Made by a program: the position numbers and the translations under genes. The notes under the pieces are model-generated. The model saw nothing but the letters and a program-made list of their open reading frames with translations, was not told the DNA's origin and made no database searches. Positions 38,940 to 51,307 of a stretch of DNA of 64,000 bases are shown piece by piece. The stretch is from Camelus dromedarius (taxonomy: Eukaryota). Where the stretch lies: assembly GCF_036321535.1 (NCBI RefSeq), contig NC_087453.1, positions 27,900,001-27,964,000 of the forward strand, given 5' to 3'. Numbering within the stretch: position 1 is the stretch's first letter; each line of letters starts with the position of its first letter.

Positions 38940-39725
38940 CCTGAAGGTTTTTTATTTTGATGAATTTTATCTATTTTTCTTTTGTTACTTATGCTTTTGG
39001 TGTCATACCTACAAAACCATTGCCTAACCCAGGTCACAAAGATTTACCCCTATATTCTCTTCTAAGAGTTTCATAATGTTAACTCTTACAGTTAGGAGCT
39101 TGATTGATTTCAAGTTTTGTTTTTTGGGTTTTTTTTCTTGTTGTTGTTTTTTGGATATGAGGTGAGGTAGAGATCCAACTTCATTATTTTCCATATGGTA
39201 ATCCAGTTGTCTCAGCACCACTTGTTGAAAAGATGATTCTCTCTGCAATGAATTGTCTTGGCACTCTTGTTGTAAGTCAATTGACCATAAATGTGAGGTT
39301 TTATCTCTGGACTCTCAGTTCCATTTCATTGATCTATGTGTATAATCTTATTCCAGTACCACACTGTCTTAATTACTGGAGCTTTGTAGTTGCATTTTGA
39401 AATTGGGAAGTGTGAGTCTCCCAAACATGTTCTTACTGTTTTAAGACTGTTTTGTCTATTCTGGATCCTTTGAATTTCCATATGAATGTTGAGATCAGCT
39501 TGTTTGTTCGGGCAAAACAAGCCAGATATGATTTTGATAGGAACTGAACTTGTAAATCATTCTAGGGAGTAGTGGTATGTTAACAATTTCAAGTCTTCTG
39601 CTCCATGAACATTGGCTGTCTTTCCATTTATTTAGGTCTTCTTCAATTTTTTAAGAATGTGTTGAAATTATTAGAGTATAAGTTTTATATTTCAGTTGTC
39701 AAATTTAAATTTATTTCACTTTTCA
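38940..39725 (-). mobile_element. L1M (L1MB-type) ORF2 fragment, pseudogenised
   Basis: Minus-strand frames give YKAPVIKTVWYWNKIIHIDQ and SFQQVVLRQLDYHM, which are L1 ORF2p text; multiple stops and frameshifts. Confidence 0.88.
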
Positions 39726-39794
39726 AAGAGAATGTTCAGCTTTTCTAAGCATTTCTGCCTTCAATAAACATGACAGAAGATTTGACTTGTATAA

Positions 39795-40040
39795 TAGAAA
39801 AGCCTGTCAGAATTAAAAGACAGAGTTTTGACGTTATAATCCTGGTTCCTCCACTTTGGAAACTTAGGCAAATAAAATGCTCTATGCCATTTTCATTGTC
39901 TGAAAATAGGTATTTAAAACTAAAGGTAGTTGCACCAGGGGGATTTTTTGTTAAGATTGAATGTAGTAATACATGTAAAGTCCAAAGAAATATAATTGAC
40001 ACATGGTAAGTAGTTAATAAACATGAGGCATTGTTATTGC
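39795..40040 (+). mobile_element. MIR (near full length)
   Basis: aatcctggttcctccact...ttaagattgaatgtagtaatacatgtaaag...gacacatggtaagtagttaataaacatg. Confidence 0.7.
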
Positions 40041-40234
40041 TATAATGCTGCCCTCTTTCTATTCTCTTTTCCCCAAAAACCACTGCTGGGGGGGGCACAA
40101 TTACACTCGGGATTGTAACACTGCCTTCTGGTATGTTGAGGCAGAAGAGAGACTGAGAACAACTACTTAAGCTCTTGAACTCTTTGTTGTCCCTTTGGAA
40201 ACACCAGTGTCTTCCTTGCTTTGTGGGGATCTGA

Positions 40235-40423
<189 letters not shown>

Positions 40424-40667
40424 TGAATGAATATTGCTAAGAGAGGACGCTGGGGAGATCTGACCCCCTTTGGGGTAAATCCTGCTAAGGTAGAAAGTTC
40501 CAGTGGTCACAATGAAGTCCACAGAGCATTAATCATCTTTACAATTTCAGAGGCTAAAATTTAGCCGTTTATCCATGAGCAATTGGCATCGGGTGAATTA
40601 CTAACCAAAATCTAAGGAATCTGTCTTATTTTAAAAAAATCTATTTATTTGTTTATTTAGCACTCAT

Positions 40668-41160
40668 TCTTTTTATTGCATTTTATCATTGTGAAATAAA
40701 ACATATATAAAGAATACATACAACCTGTTTGTACATTTTAACTAATGGATATAAGGTATAGACCCATGTAACTACCACCTAAATCAAGAAGTAGAAAATG
40801 ACTGGTCCCCAGAAGCACCCCATGTACCTGTTCCCATTAGAATGACCTCCCTACCTCCAGAGATGACCCCTTTTCCGACCGTTACAGTGATTGTGACTTG
40901 CTCTTCTTCAGACTTGTGCTAGTTCGTGTGCAGCCCTAAACAATGTAGTTTCACCAATGTTTTAATTGGATATAAATGGATTCATACTGGGGTACGCATC
41001 CTTTTATGTTGTGCTTTTTTCACTTTACGTTGTTTGGGAGATTGTATCTCTGGCTTCTTTGCTATGATGATGATAATGATGATGATATTATTTACCATGA
41101 TTTAATTATTATACATTGTTCCATTGTGTGGAATCTTATATATTGACCATATTTTATAGC
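40668..41160 (-). mobile_element. L1ME-type 3' end
   Basis: acccatgtaactaccacctaaatcaagaagtagaaaat...ccagaagcacccc...ctccagagatgacc...ccattgtgtggaat. Confidence 0.75.
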
Positions 41161-41184
41161 CAGCATTGGGCACACTGATACCTA

Positions 41185-41510
41185 TCATTCGAGACTGCTA
41201 GGAATACACCGGTGGTCAAAGTCAGGTTCATCGGCTTATGCAACAAGGGAGCACACACGTCATGGGGAACTGTGGTGTGTCAGGAAAAGTGTATGAGAGG
41301 GATTTACAGAATTTGGGCTTGTATTAGGTGATTTGAGTGAGTGTTCAAGGAAGCATGTTTTGCTTTAGATTGGGTGCTATCCATAAACAGAAATACTCTT
41401 ATGATTGGATATCTTAATAAACCCTACCTAGGAGGCAAGACTCAAGTGGTAATTGAGAAAGATACATCAGCTGTTCTTATTAGCCAAGAATGAGGGTGTG
41501 CTTGGTCATC
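41185..41510 (-). mobile_element. Old MER-type ERV LTR fragment
   Basis: caagggagcacacacgtcatggggaac...gatttgggcttgtattaggtgatt-like text...atgattggatatcttaataaa; subfamily not assigned. Confidence 0.55.
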
Positions 41511-43209
41511 TCCCTTCTCTCTCTGCCCAAGGCTCCATCCTGCAGCATAAAGGACCTAACATTCATGCATATGGACACGGGAGCCCAAATATCCAAGTCC
41601 TGTTCACATACCCTGCAAAGAGCCATCCCAGGAGCTTGGGGTCATTTGGGACAGGGAAATCTGGGTTCCTAGGAAACTAGAGAGTGATCTAGAAAGAGGA
41701 TATGTGGGCTTTTGGGGGAACATGTTCTCTTGACTGTCAGGTTTCTTACCTCTTTGGAAGGAATCAGAGAAGAAGGGCCAGAGGATAACTCCAGAGCACA
41801 GGTTCTAAGGCATGAGCCCCGTTACCTGGGTGACCTGGGTCTCAGGACAGAACTGGCTCTGGCTCGCTGGCTCTTGCCCAAAGCAGCCAAGGAAACAGAG
41901 CCCAAGTCTGAGGTAGCTAAGGTGGAGCGGGGACAGGGCCATTGAAAACGGGGAGGTCAGAGTACTGAGACACCAGAATGTTGCATGAGTTAGATGTTAA
42001 CATCACCAAAAATTGGTGACAACACCTTGGATGAAGAAAAAGTGAGCTACTTGTCAAAGTCTTTGCTGAACTGGGGGGAGCTCAATAGATGGCGGGAGTG
42101 ATGAAGTGCTGGTTAAAGTTGGTTTGGCTGCTTCATGAAAACTGGATTTTGTTTTGCTTTAAGAAAAGACAATTGAAAGATAATGTTTCAGTAGTGGTGT
42201 TGGGAGCAAAAAATTTTCAATATCCAGCTTTTAGCCCTGGAGCACTTGGGATGTGATCAAATAAACATCTATCATTTGAGAAGGCAGCAAAAAAGAAGCA
42301 GACTTTTCAAGGACAGCCAGGTTTCAGTTCAGACAAATGGATATCCTGATCAAAGGTGCTCTGTTTGACAGCAATACAAATGAGTTCCAAAGTAATATTA
42401 GCACCTTAAAATAGATTTAGTATATTGTGAATTTGACTTTTCACAATTTCCTAAATTTAGGCTACAGTACAGTAAGTAATTAGTGAAAATTAGCACCCGT
42501 CACTAAATTTTACAACAAAGTTTAATATAGGTTGATCTTAATTCTGATCAAAATCTTTAAAAGTTGTATCCACTCCTGAAATTAAGCACTCTTAAGGCCT
42601 TTTGGTTTTCTTCAATGGAAAATCAGTGTGTTTTTACTCCATTTCCATAGTCCCCCACCTTCCTGGCTACTGCCATTGTCCCTTTTCAGCTATCAAAGAT
42701 ACCGGCTTGGTTGGACTCTTTTTTTAAAAAGTGGAGGACAGACAACCCTGGTGTGCAATGTATGCAACTTGGGCTCATCTGTCTGTCAATGGATGGAGAG
42801 GACGCTGGAGGGGGAGATGGCACATCCTGATGGAGCCATTGCTGAGCTAGGGGACCCAGAGCCTTGAGAACCCGCCCGCTGCAAGGAGGGCCACCAGCAC
42901 CTACCTGCTGTCCCTTACAAGTTCATGCGAGGAACAATTATATTTTCTTAAACATTTATAATCCTCAAGGTTCTTTGTGTTCCTTTGTGTTGGGGAGGAC
43001 CATTGGGGGAAGGTAAACACCAAGCACATTCTAAGGCATGTTTACTTTATGTGAAGCATTGACTTTTTGGTCTCGGCCATCAAGTCAGCTTAGAGTGACT
43101 CTCCCTGTGCACTCGACTGTACAAGTGGTCCTTCAGTCACATCTGTGATCCCAGAGTCAGGGGCTGATCGAACATCTCTTCCCGGGCTCTGGGAGCACGG
43201 CTTCTCAGC

Positions 43210-43225
43210 CACACACACACACACA
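43210..43225 (+). repeat. (CA)8 microsatellite
   Basis: Read directly. Confidence 0.9.
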
Positions 43226-43759
43226 CGCTTGCTGACAGATTTAGAGACTAAAAGACTATATCTAGCCCAGAACACTGCTTCCTCTCTCTGCCTGCTGGAG
43301 TTGGGGGTGGGAGAGGGTGGCCGAAAAAGAGCAGGAAATCATGCTGGTGGTTGGTTGGTACAGCGACACTTCCTGCGAACGTGCGCTTGCAGGATAGATC
43401 ATTCTTGCAGAGACGGGCTGGAGGCAGGCAAGGACGAGCGTGAGGAGTAGAAATGCCAACCTGTTTTGTGGACAAATAGAGCAGGAATTCTCTGCATCAG
43501 GACTGGGACTTGAGGTTAGCAAGAAACCTCACATACGAAGTGTAAGGAGGTGCTTATTTCATTGTGTAAATGCAGAGCGGGCACTGAGGATGAGTGTGTC
43601 TTTCAGTTTTGCACTTACACGCCTCGCTTGCCTCACCCAAGTCCCACCCCTGCTCTGCATGACTGTCAGCGCATGTGGTCTGCTTTTCCAGAAACCGCTG
43701 TCTACAATGACTTTGTCAGAAAGTCATAAGAAGAGAATTGGGGAACAAGGTCCTCTGTG

Positions 43760-44272
43760 ATCTCTGCCCTCAACCTCATGAGCACTTTCCCCCCTCACTC
43801 ACTCAGCTGCAGTTCCACTAGCCTCCATGCTGTTCCCTGACCCTGACCGTGACCCTTATCCTGACCGTGCTAGGCAGGTCCCGCTTCACGGCCTTTGCAC
43901 AGGTCTTCCTCTCTGCCTGAAACACTCTTCCCCCAGATATCTGCATGGCTCACCACTTACCTCCTTGAAGCCTGTCTCCAATGCCACCTTCTCAGTGAGG
44001 CTTCCAGTGACCACTCTAATACTGTGTGTGACCAGCCGTCATGCCACACTCCTGATACGCCCACCGCTGCCTCATTCCTTCTGTTTACCAAGTAGGACTT
44101 ACCACCTTCTACCACCTTGCTTAATTTACTCAATTATTATGTTGCGTCTCCATTGTCTGTCTCCTTCTACCAGCATCTGAGCTCCACAAACACAGGGATC
44201 TTTGCTGTATACCCTGAGCACTTTGGAAGGAGCCTGGCATGCAGTAGGTACTGAATAAATTTTTTAAAATGA
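43760..44272 (+). mobile_element. L2a 3' end
   Basis: ggcctttgcacaggtcttcctctctgcctgaaacactcttcccc...tctcagtgaggcttcc...gcctggcatgcagtaggtactgaataaatt. Confidence 0.85.
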
Positions 44273-45639
44273 TTTTTCCCACCCCAAACAAATGGACAAA
44301 TTATACTGTAGCCTTCATTTTTAGTCTTCCCTGCCTCTGTTCATCAGATAAATGCATTTTGTCTTTCTCTGTTTCACATGTGAAATTCCACATATCAGCA
44401 GGCAGTGAAAAGATTCTCCCAATGTTTGCCATTTGAGGCTGCCCTATATATTTGGACCTGATCTTCACGGTGTAATGAGATGATGTTCTATAACCACAGT
44501 GTGTATTGCAGCAGCAAAATAAACTGATTGCAAGAGTTTGTCATTTTTACATCACATAGTTTATCTGCCCCGAGTCTATGTAATCTGGAAAGCTTCGGTG
44601 CAATCTTATGATACACCTCCAGGAGCAAAATTTCCTATTGGCATTTCCCGCCTGTTTATTATAGGGGCCAAAATAAATGGTTGTGTTCTGGGGAAGGGGG
44701 CACGTTGTAACTCAGCATCTTTATGGAGGACTTTTTGTGTTGCACTCTGGATTTATTTATCATCTGTCCCATATGTCTGCTCTTCGGTTCCTCTGCCTCA
44801 TTGTCCGAGTCTTTCCGATGGTCATGACATAGTGATTCGCCACTTGGTCTGCATTCTCTCTGTTCCCACCTAAACTCCTTCCTCCCCTCACTGGATATCC
44901 ACCTGCCCCGACTGGATATCCACCCCCCCCATCACTACTCCTTTTTCCCCCTCTCAGGCACCTCTTCGTAACCAGCAATTGTCTAAGATGGAAAACTGAG
45001 TTATGTGATAAAATATATGATGAAAATATATTGAGTATGTGGTTAAATGGAGCATTTCTGAAAATAAAGCTTCATTCTCTGAGAGGAATCATAATAATTT
45101 AGGATGCAATTTAACTGCTACACAAATGCTCCCATAAAATGGATCTCCAAATACACCCTGCTGTTGTCTGTCAAGGATAAAGGATTTCAAGGGCAGTTTT
45201 TCCCACTGGAGGTTAGTAATTGAGCCATATGGTTTATAGATTATTGAATCCAGTATTAGAAGTCTATGAAAAACTGATTTTGGCTCAATGAGGAGCAATT
45301 GGGCAGTCAAGTGGTTTTATACCCACTGTCCACTAAGGATAGCTTATGTGAAAGGACCAGACGTAAAACCTATGAGGAGTTTGCTCATCCTCAGTGATCA
45401 TGTGCACCGTGCAAAGAAAATACCCCAAAGGTATGAACAACCAAAAGTCTCCTGAGGGAGCTTCTGGAGTTTTCAGGTGCTCCAGACTCAAGTTATGAGA
45501 TGAAATTCAGTAAATGGTTTCTTGAAAGTTTCGAAAAGGTATCCTAAGCTGGTGGCTAGAGTTACAGTGGAGATGGACAGAGGCAAGAGGGAGAGGCTGG
45601 GAGGAGAGAAAGGAGGACTTCAGATGCAGCGCGGGAGCT

Positions 45640-45795
45640 GACCGCCAGGGTTAGACGAGCCTCCTCCTTATAAGAAGATGGAGATGATATGGTGCTTACC
45701 TCCTGGGGGTGCTCAGTGACCCTACGTAACATACAGACATCACCTAGAATAATGAGTAGCATGCAGTGAGTGCTCAATAAATGTTAGCTACTGAC
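45640..45795 (+). mobile_element. MIR 3' half
   Basis: aagatggagatgatatggtgcttacctc...gcatgcagtgagtgctcaataaatgttagctact. Confidence 0.75.
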
Positions 45796-45905
45796 ATCAT
45801 AATTGAAATGTTTAGAGCCACACTTTAGCTTTCTTTCTATAAAGATAATGCTAGTGGTATATATGCAAGGATTTATTAAGTCAGCAGGAGGTGGAGGTTG
45901 AATGA

Positions 45906-47330
45906 AGTCATTTGTGAGACTGCCATGGTGGAAGCTGTGGGTGCCACCCAGACACAAGCCCTGGCATCCACTTCACCTCCAGGAAGAGACCAGGAGCACA
46001 ATCCATGTGGCAAATGAAACACAGCCCAGCCTTGGGAAGAAGCCCAGTGGGAGCTGAGAAGGGTGTAACCGGTGATCTTAGAGGCTTCATTGCAATTGTG
46101 AGGTCCTAAATCAAGTGCCCAAGACCAGAAGCACACAGCGTCAGAGGCCGGAAAAAGGGAGAAGAAGGAGACACGAGTCAGGAAGGTCCAGGATCCCCAG
46201 GACCCAGTCCAGGACACAGCATTCCTGCTGTGGGAAGAGAGAACCCCACCCAGAGAGTGAGGAAGACAGGTGGGAGCATGAGCTCCCTACAAGCACCAGA
46301 AAAACACAGACATTTCATTGGCCAAAGATAGAGAGACAGGCCCATGGGTTCTCACTCAGCTCCAGGCCTGATTTTCATTGGCCCAAATACTGATGGGGCG
46401 TCTGCAACCAGCCTTCTTTATTAAAGGCAGTTGGAGCAGTTTGCAAACAGTCAAAGTTACCGAAGACCAACTATACTATCTTTTACATTTACATTTGAGA
46501 GACGTTTTCTAGACCTTGATTGGAAATTTTGGCCGTGCAAGTGTTGAAGTTAATGAGTATGGAATCGACATTCAAATTTCTGTAACAGATTACATTTCCC
46601 TTCGGTTACAGTCGAGTTTTAAGATTTGCTTAAGCCAATGATCAGACAAGTCCAGGGGCTGACAACCCATGTTCTTCAGGCCACGTTCAGCCTGTCACTT
46701 GCTTCTGTAAATTCAGTTTTGTTGGCACATAGACACATCAGTGTGTTTACATATTATCTGTGGTTGCTTTGGGCTACAAAGGCAGAGTTGAATAGTTGTC
46801 ACAGAAACCATACAGCCAGCAAAGCCTAAAATACTTACTTACTTTATGGAAAAACTGTGCTAACTCTTTTTTTTTTCAAATCTCTTTTTTTTCAAATTGA
46901 AGTATAGTCAGTTACAGTGTGTCAATTTCCAGTGTCCAGCACAATGTCCCAGTCATGCATATACATACATATAGTCATTTTCATATTCTTTTTCATTAAA
47001 GGTTATTACAAATTTTTGAATATAGTTCCCTGTGCTATACAAAAAGGACTTGCTTTTTAAATCTGTTTTTATTATATAGTGGCTAACATTTGCAAATCTC
47101 AAACTCTCAAATTTATCCCTTCCCACCCCTTTTCCCCAGTAACCATAAGATTGTTCACTATGTCTGTGAGTCTGTTTCTGTTTTGTAGATGAGTTCATTA
47201 GTGTCCTCTTTTTTTTCTTTTTTTAGATTTAGATTTCTTTTTTTTAGATTTTTTTTAGATTGAAGTGGATGCCAGGGGTTGTGTCTGGGTGGCACCCACA
47301 GCTTCCACCAAGGCAGTCTCACAAATGACT
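45906..47330. repeat. 70-bp inverted repeat pair (45906-45975 and 47261-47330), 68/70 identical
   Basis: The reverse complement of 45906-45975 equals 47261-47330 except at 45958/47278 and 45925/47311. The ORF track echoes it (DARACVWVAPTASTMAVSQMT vs DARGCVWVAPTASTKAVSQMT). Confidence 0.97.
46653..46867 (+). mobile_element. MER58A (hAT-Charlie MITE)
   Basis: caggggctgacaa...gtaaattcagttttgttggcacatag...ggcagagttgaatagttgtcacagaaaccatacagccagcaaagcctaaaata. Confidence 0.88.
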
Positions 47331-47665
47331 AAAAAGAGGACATTAGTGTCCTCTTTTTTTCTTTTTTCAGATATCATATGGTATTTTTCTTTCTCATTCT
47401 GGCTTACTTCACTTAGACTGATGATCTCTAGGCCCATCCAAATTGCTGCAAATGGCATTATTTTATTCTTTTTTATGGCTGAGTAATATTTCATTGTATA
47501 ACTATGCCACAACTTCTTTACCCAGCCATCTGTTGATGGACATTTAGGTTGCTTCCATGTCTTGGCTATTGTAAATAGTGCTGCTATGAACATTGCGGGG
47601 GCATGGATCTTTTCAAATAAGAGTTCCCTCCAGATACATGCCCAGGGATGGGATTGCTGGATCAT
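46869..47665 (-). mobile_element. 5'-truncated camelid-type L1, antisense, inserted at the MER58A right end and carrying an internal complex insertion
   Basis: aattgaagtatagtcagttacagtgtgtcaatttcc...ataagagttccctccagatacatgccc; TSD tgtgct(a/g)act at 46856-46865 and 47666-47675; ORF2 C-terminal text AMFIAALFTIAKTWKQPKCPSTD. Confidence 0.93.
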
Positions 47666-47749
47666 TGTGCTGACTTCTTAAAGAGTCAATAGAGGAATAA
47701 ATGGGAACACAACTAGATAAATTGTGTTTCTCTTCTATTAATGATTTTA

Positions 47750-48960
47750 AGAATTTATTTATTCATTTGTAACTATTTAGTGATCATCTAGAAAGCTCCA
47801 TAGTACTTCCAACATCTTAGAGACAGAGCAATGGAGAAAACTAAGTACTTGCCCTCGAGAAGTTTACATTCTCTGTGGAGAAATAGTCCAAAATAAACAC
47901 ACAATATGGCAGGTGGAGATATCTCTTTAAGACAACATTGGTTAGCATTGAATGCAAAGAAAGGCTAGAGGTATATGCTCTTTTACAGTAGGATTGTGAG
48001 AGAAAGACTGTGGTAAGGTGACATCTGAGCAGAGATCACCACCCCCCCAAATTAAGAAAGTAAGCCTTGCTTTCAGATGACAGTATTCCTGATAGAAGTA
48101 ACAAAGATGAACAAAGAAATGAAAAAGATGAACAAAGAGATAAAATCATGCTTGGTATATTCGAGGAAAAGCAAGAAGGTCAGGGGACTGTACCAGGGTG
48201 AGCACTGGTGAGCAGGAAACAGAGATGCATTGAGTGAGGTGGCAGGTGCCAGATCTGATAAGGAACTTGGATTTCGCTCTGTGAGATGGAAGGCCCTTGA
48301 AAGTTGACTCCAAAGAAGTGAAATCATCTGACATGTTTAGGAGCAATCATTCTGGCTGTGGTAGATAACATAGGAGGCAAACACAGAAGCCAGGGAAGCA
48401 ATTATACGGCTTTATCAGTCCATCTCTGCTAGGTTTTACTGCAAAAACAAGAAACTCCAGAATCTCAGTAGTTTAGAACTGCACAGGCTAATTTCTTGCC
48501 CAGGTTAGATGTTGACTGTTGCTGTTATGAAAATTGTCTGCAATCCATAGACAAAGAGGAGCCTCAGTCTGTGATATCACTGGGCTCATGGCAGAGGGGA
48601 GGGAGACATGGGAGAACCCCAAGATGACTTTCAAAGACTCTGCTCAACAGCAGTGCCACACGTCATTTTCACACACATTTCACTGACCAAAACAGAACAC
48701 GGGGTCATGCCTCTTGTCAACAGATCTCACAGGAAGGGACAGTGAATATGTGGGATTGATGACAAAATCTATCACAGCAGTTATTGCAAAGGCTTTGTGT
48801 CAGGATGACAGAGGTGGAAGGGCTGATACGTGGTTATACTCTGAATACGTTTCAGACTGGATTGGGGATGAATTGAAAGATATAAGAGAAAGAGGAGTCA
48901 AGAATGGCTCTCATGTTTTGAGTGTAGCTGATAAAACAGGGCCAAATTTAGGAAATAAAC
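47750..48960 (-). mobile_element. L2a fragment split by an MLT1 LTR (about 48415-48765)
   Basis: Reverse L2 tail tttatttattcatt, ttgccctcgagaagtttacattct, gtgacatctgagcagaga, aatcattctggctgtg; the inner segment has MLT1 motifs aatctcagtagtttag and cacatttcactgaccaaaac. Confidence 0.7.
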
Positions 48961-49064
48961 AACATCTAGCCCCCTTTTTTTCACATTTATCAGCCACTTC
49001 CTTTATGATAGCTATTCCCAGTTCTTTTGAGGCTGGATCTTAGATGCTGAAGGTCATTAGCTGC

Positions 49065-49310
49065 ATGTGAGTTACGGCAGTGGTTAAGAGCATAAATTCT
49101 AGAGTCTAACAAACTTTCCTGGAGTTTCTTGGACTCTCCTGGCTGTGACCTTGGGAAAATTGGTTAATATTTCTAAGCCTCTCTTTTTATAATCTGTAAG
49201 GTGGCCGATAACATTTTGCTTAAGGAATGTTTTTAGCACGAAATAAGATATGTGTCTGGAAGGTAATAAATGCTCGTTTAATGTCATCTATTGTTTGTAT
49301 TAGTTGAATT
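49065..49310 (+). mobile_element. MIR (a second, reverse MIR lies at about 49435-49560)
   Basis: cagtggttaagagcataaattctagagtc...ctgtgaccttgggaaaattggttaatatttctaagcctc; the reverse copy contains cccaaggtcacacagct. Confidence 0.8.
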
Positions 49311-50404
49311 TCAGGTGAATGGGGGGGGGGGAGGCACCAGCAAGGTGAGTAACCTTAGTTGATTTGAGACTATTATGCCCATCAGGAGCTGGTCCTTTAC
49401 CTGCTCTCGCTGCATCCTTGCAAGAGGCTTGTGGAATAAGGCTTATCACTCCCACTTTACAAGCCAGCAAGCCCATGAACAGAGGCACTAATGATTCTTC
49501 CCAAGGTCACACAGCTTGGAAGGCTAAGAAGTAGTCAAACGCAAGCCTATTGAATCTGAAGCCTAGGCTCAAATATATTACATAAAGCATTTAAAAATCT
49601 GGGTGTTGCTTGCTATTTATAGTGCACTTGTCTTGATGGTTATCAACTATCATAGAAGTTAAACTGATTATGTACGAAAAGCAATCTTTGAATTCACTTT
49701 TAAGAAACAGTGAGTGATGCTTTTGCTCCATGCAGGCAAATCCTTCTTAGAGGATATATGCAAATGTGGTACAGAATTAGAAAGTCTTATTTATACTGTG
49801 GGGCCAGGGAAATAGCTTTCTGGTGTGGATATAAAGGAAGCTATGAATTGTTTAAGGGAGGTAGAGAAGATAGTGGGAAAGGCTCAGGCATAAAGAATGA
49901 GAGTGGAAATTCCTACTTGAAAGGAGAAAATGCACAGAATAAATGCAACTTAAAAAAAAAAGCATATGAAACCACAGTAGTATTGATGGTGATCTAATTA
50001 AAATAAATGAGATCGTATTTTAATACCAGTTCAATAAGAAAAGCATTTTGAAAACATAATGACCAAAGCTGGTGAATATGCATTGAAATCTGATCCTCCA
50101 TAGTTTTCTCTAGGCAATCTAAGATGAAAAGTAATTTGGAGACACACAGGAGACTGTAAAAAATATTCCTATTCTTCAATTTAATAATTCCCCTTTCTGA
50201 AAATTCATTCCTTGAAAATAATTCAAAATTATTAGTGAAAAAAAAAATGAAGAGATCTTTTGTAGAACTCCTTGAATGATAGCCCTTCAAATATGTCTGT
50301 CCAACAACTGGGTAGTGGTTAAATCAGTGATGGTACTGCTTCTCCCTAGATTTTCATACAGATATTAAAGCTATGACATAGACTTTTTTTTTTAAATACA
50401 GATT

Positions 50405-50745
50405 GAGGAACGAAGTACTGATACGGGTTACAGCATGGATGAACCCTAAATGAATGCTCAGTGAAAGATCCCAGACGTAAAAGGCCACATATTGGATGAT
50501 TCCATTTATTTGAAATGTTTGGAGTAGGCAAATCTATGGAGACATACAGTAGATTGCAGTGCCGAGGTCTGAGTGTGTGGGGTGGGGATGGGGGAATGGG
50601 GAGTGACTGCTAATGGGTGCATGAATTTTTGGGGGGCGGAGAGGATAATAAAAATGTCCTAACTTAGACTGGGGTGATGGTTGCACAACCCTGTGAATAT
50701 TAAAAACCATTTAGTTGCATACTTTAAATGCGTGAATTATATCTC
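50405..50745 (+). mobile_element. L1MB7/8-type 3' end, sense
   Basis: gaagtactgatac...catggatgaacc...ggccacatattggatgattccattt...gagtgactgctaatggg...gtgatggttgcacaaccctgtgaatat. Confidence 0.85.
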
Positions 50746-51157
50746 CTAATGATGCTAGAAAAACACAAAGAGTATTTACTGTAATTAAAACTAAGTTATA
50801 CAAATACATGAAAAACAAACTATGAATAAATATAACCAAATGCCAACAGTGCTTTGATTGCCAGGGTGACTTGATGGGTGAAAATGTGTGCCTTCTCTTC
50901 TTGTCCAAAATTTTTATAATGTGATTAGATTTCTTTTATTATTAAAAAAAAAAAAAGTAGATATCATTAGCAAATAGAAGAACCATTCTCCTTCACAGTG
51001 ATGGCTCCCTCTCTGTCCAAGTCCACTTTTCTTCCCTTTCCCTTAAGTCAAAGTGAAGAAAATTTATAGCCCAGAAGCGCGCACAACACCCTGTAGCCAG
51101 TTAGACCATTTGATGCAATTCTAAGAATGAAAAAGACATCCATATTCATGGATATAG

Positions 51158-51307
<150 letters not shown>

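Noticed and set aside
46060-46400. Additional LTR suggested by twin tttcattggcc words
   Set aside because: No termini, TSD or family match I can support.
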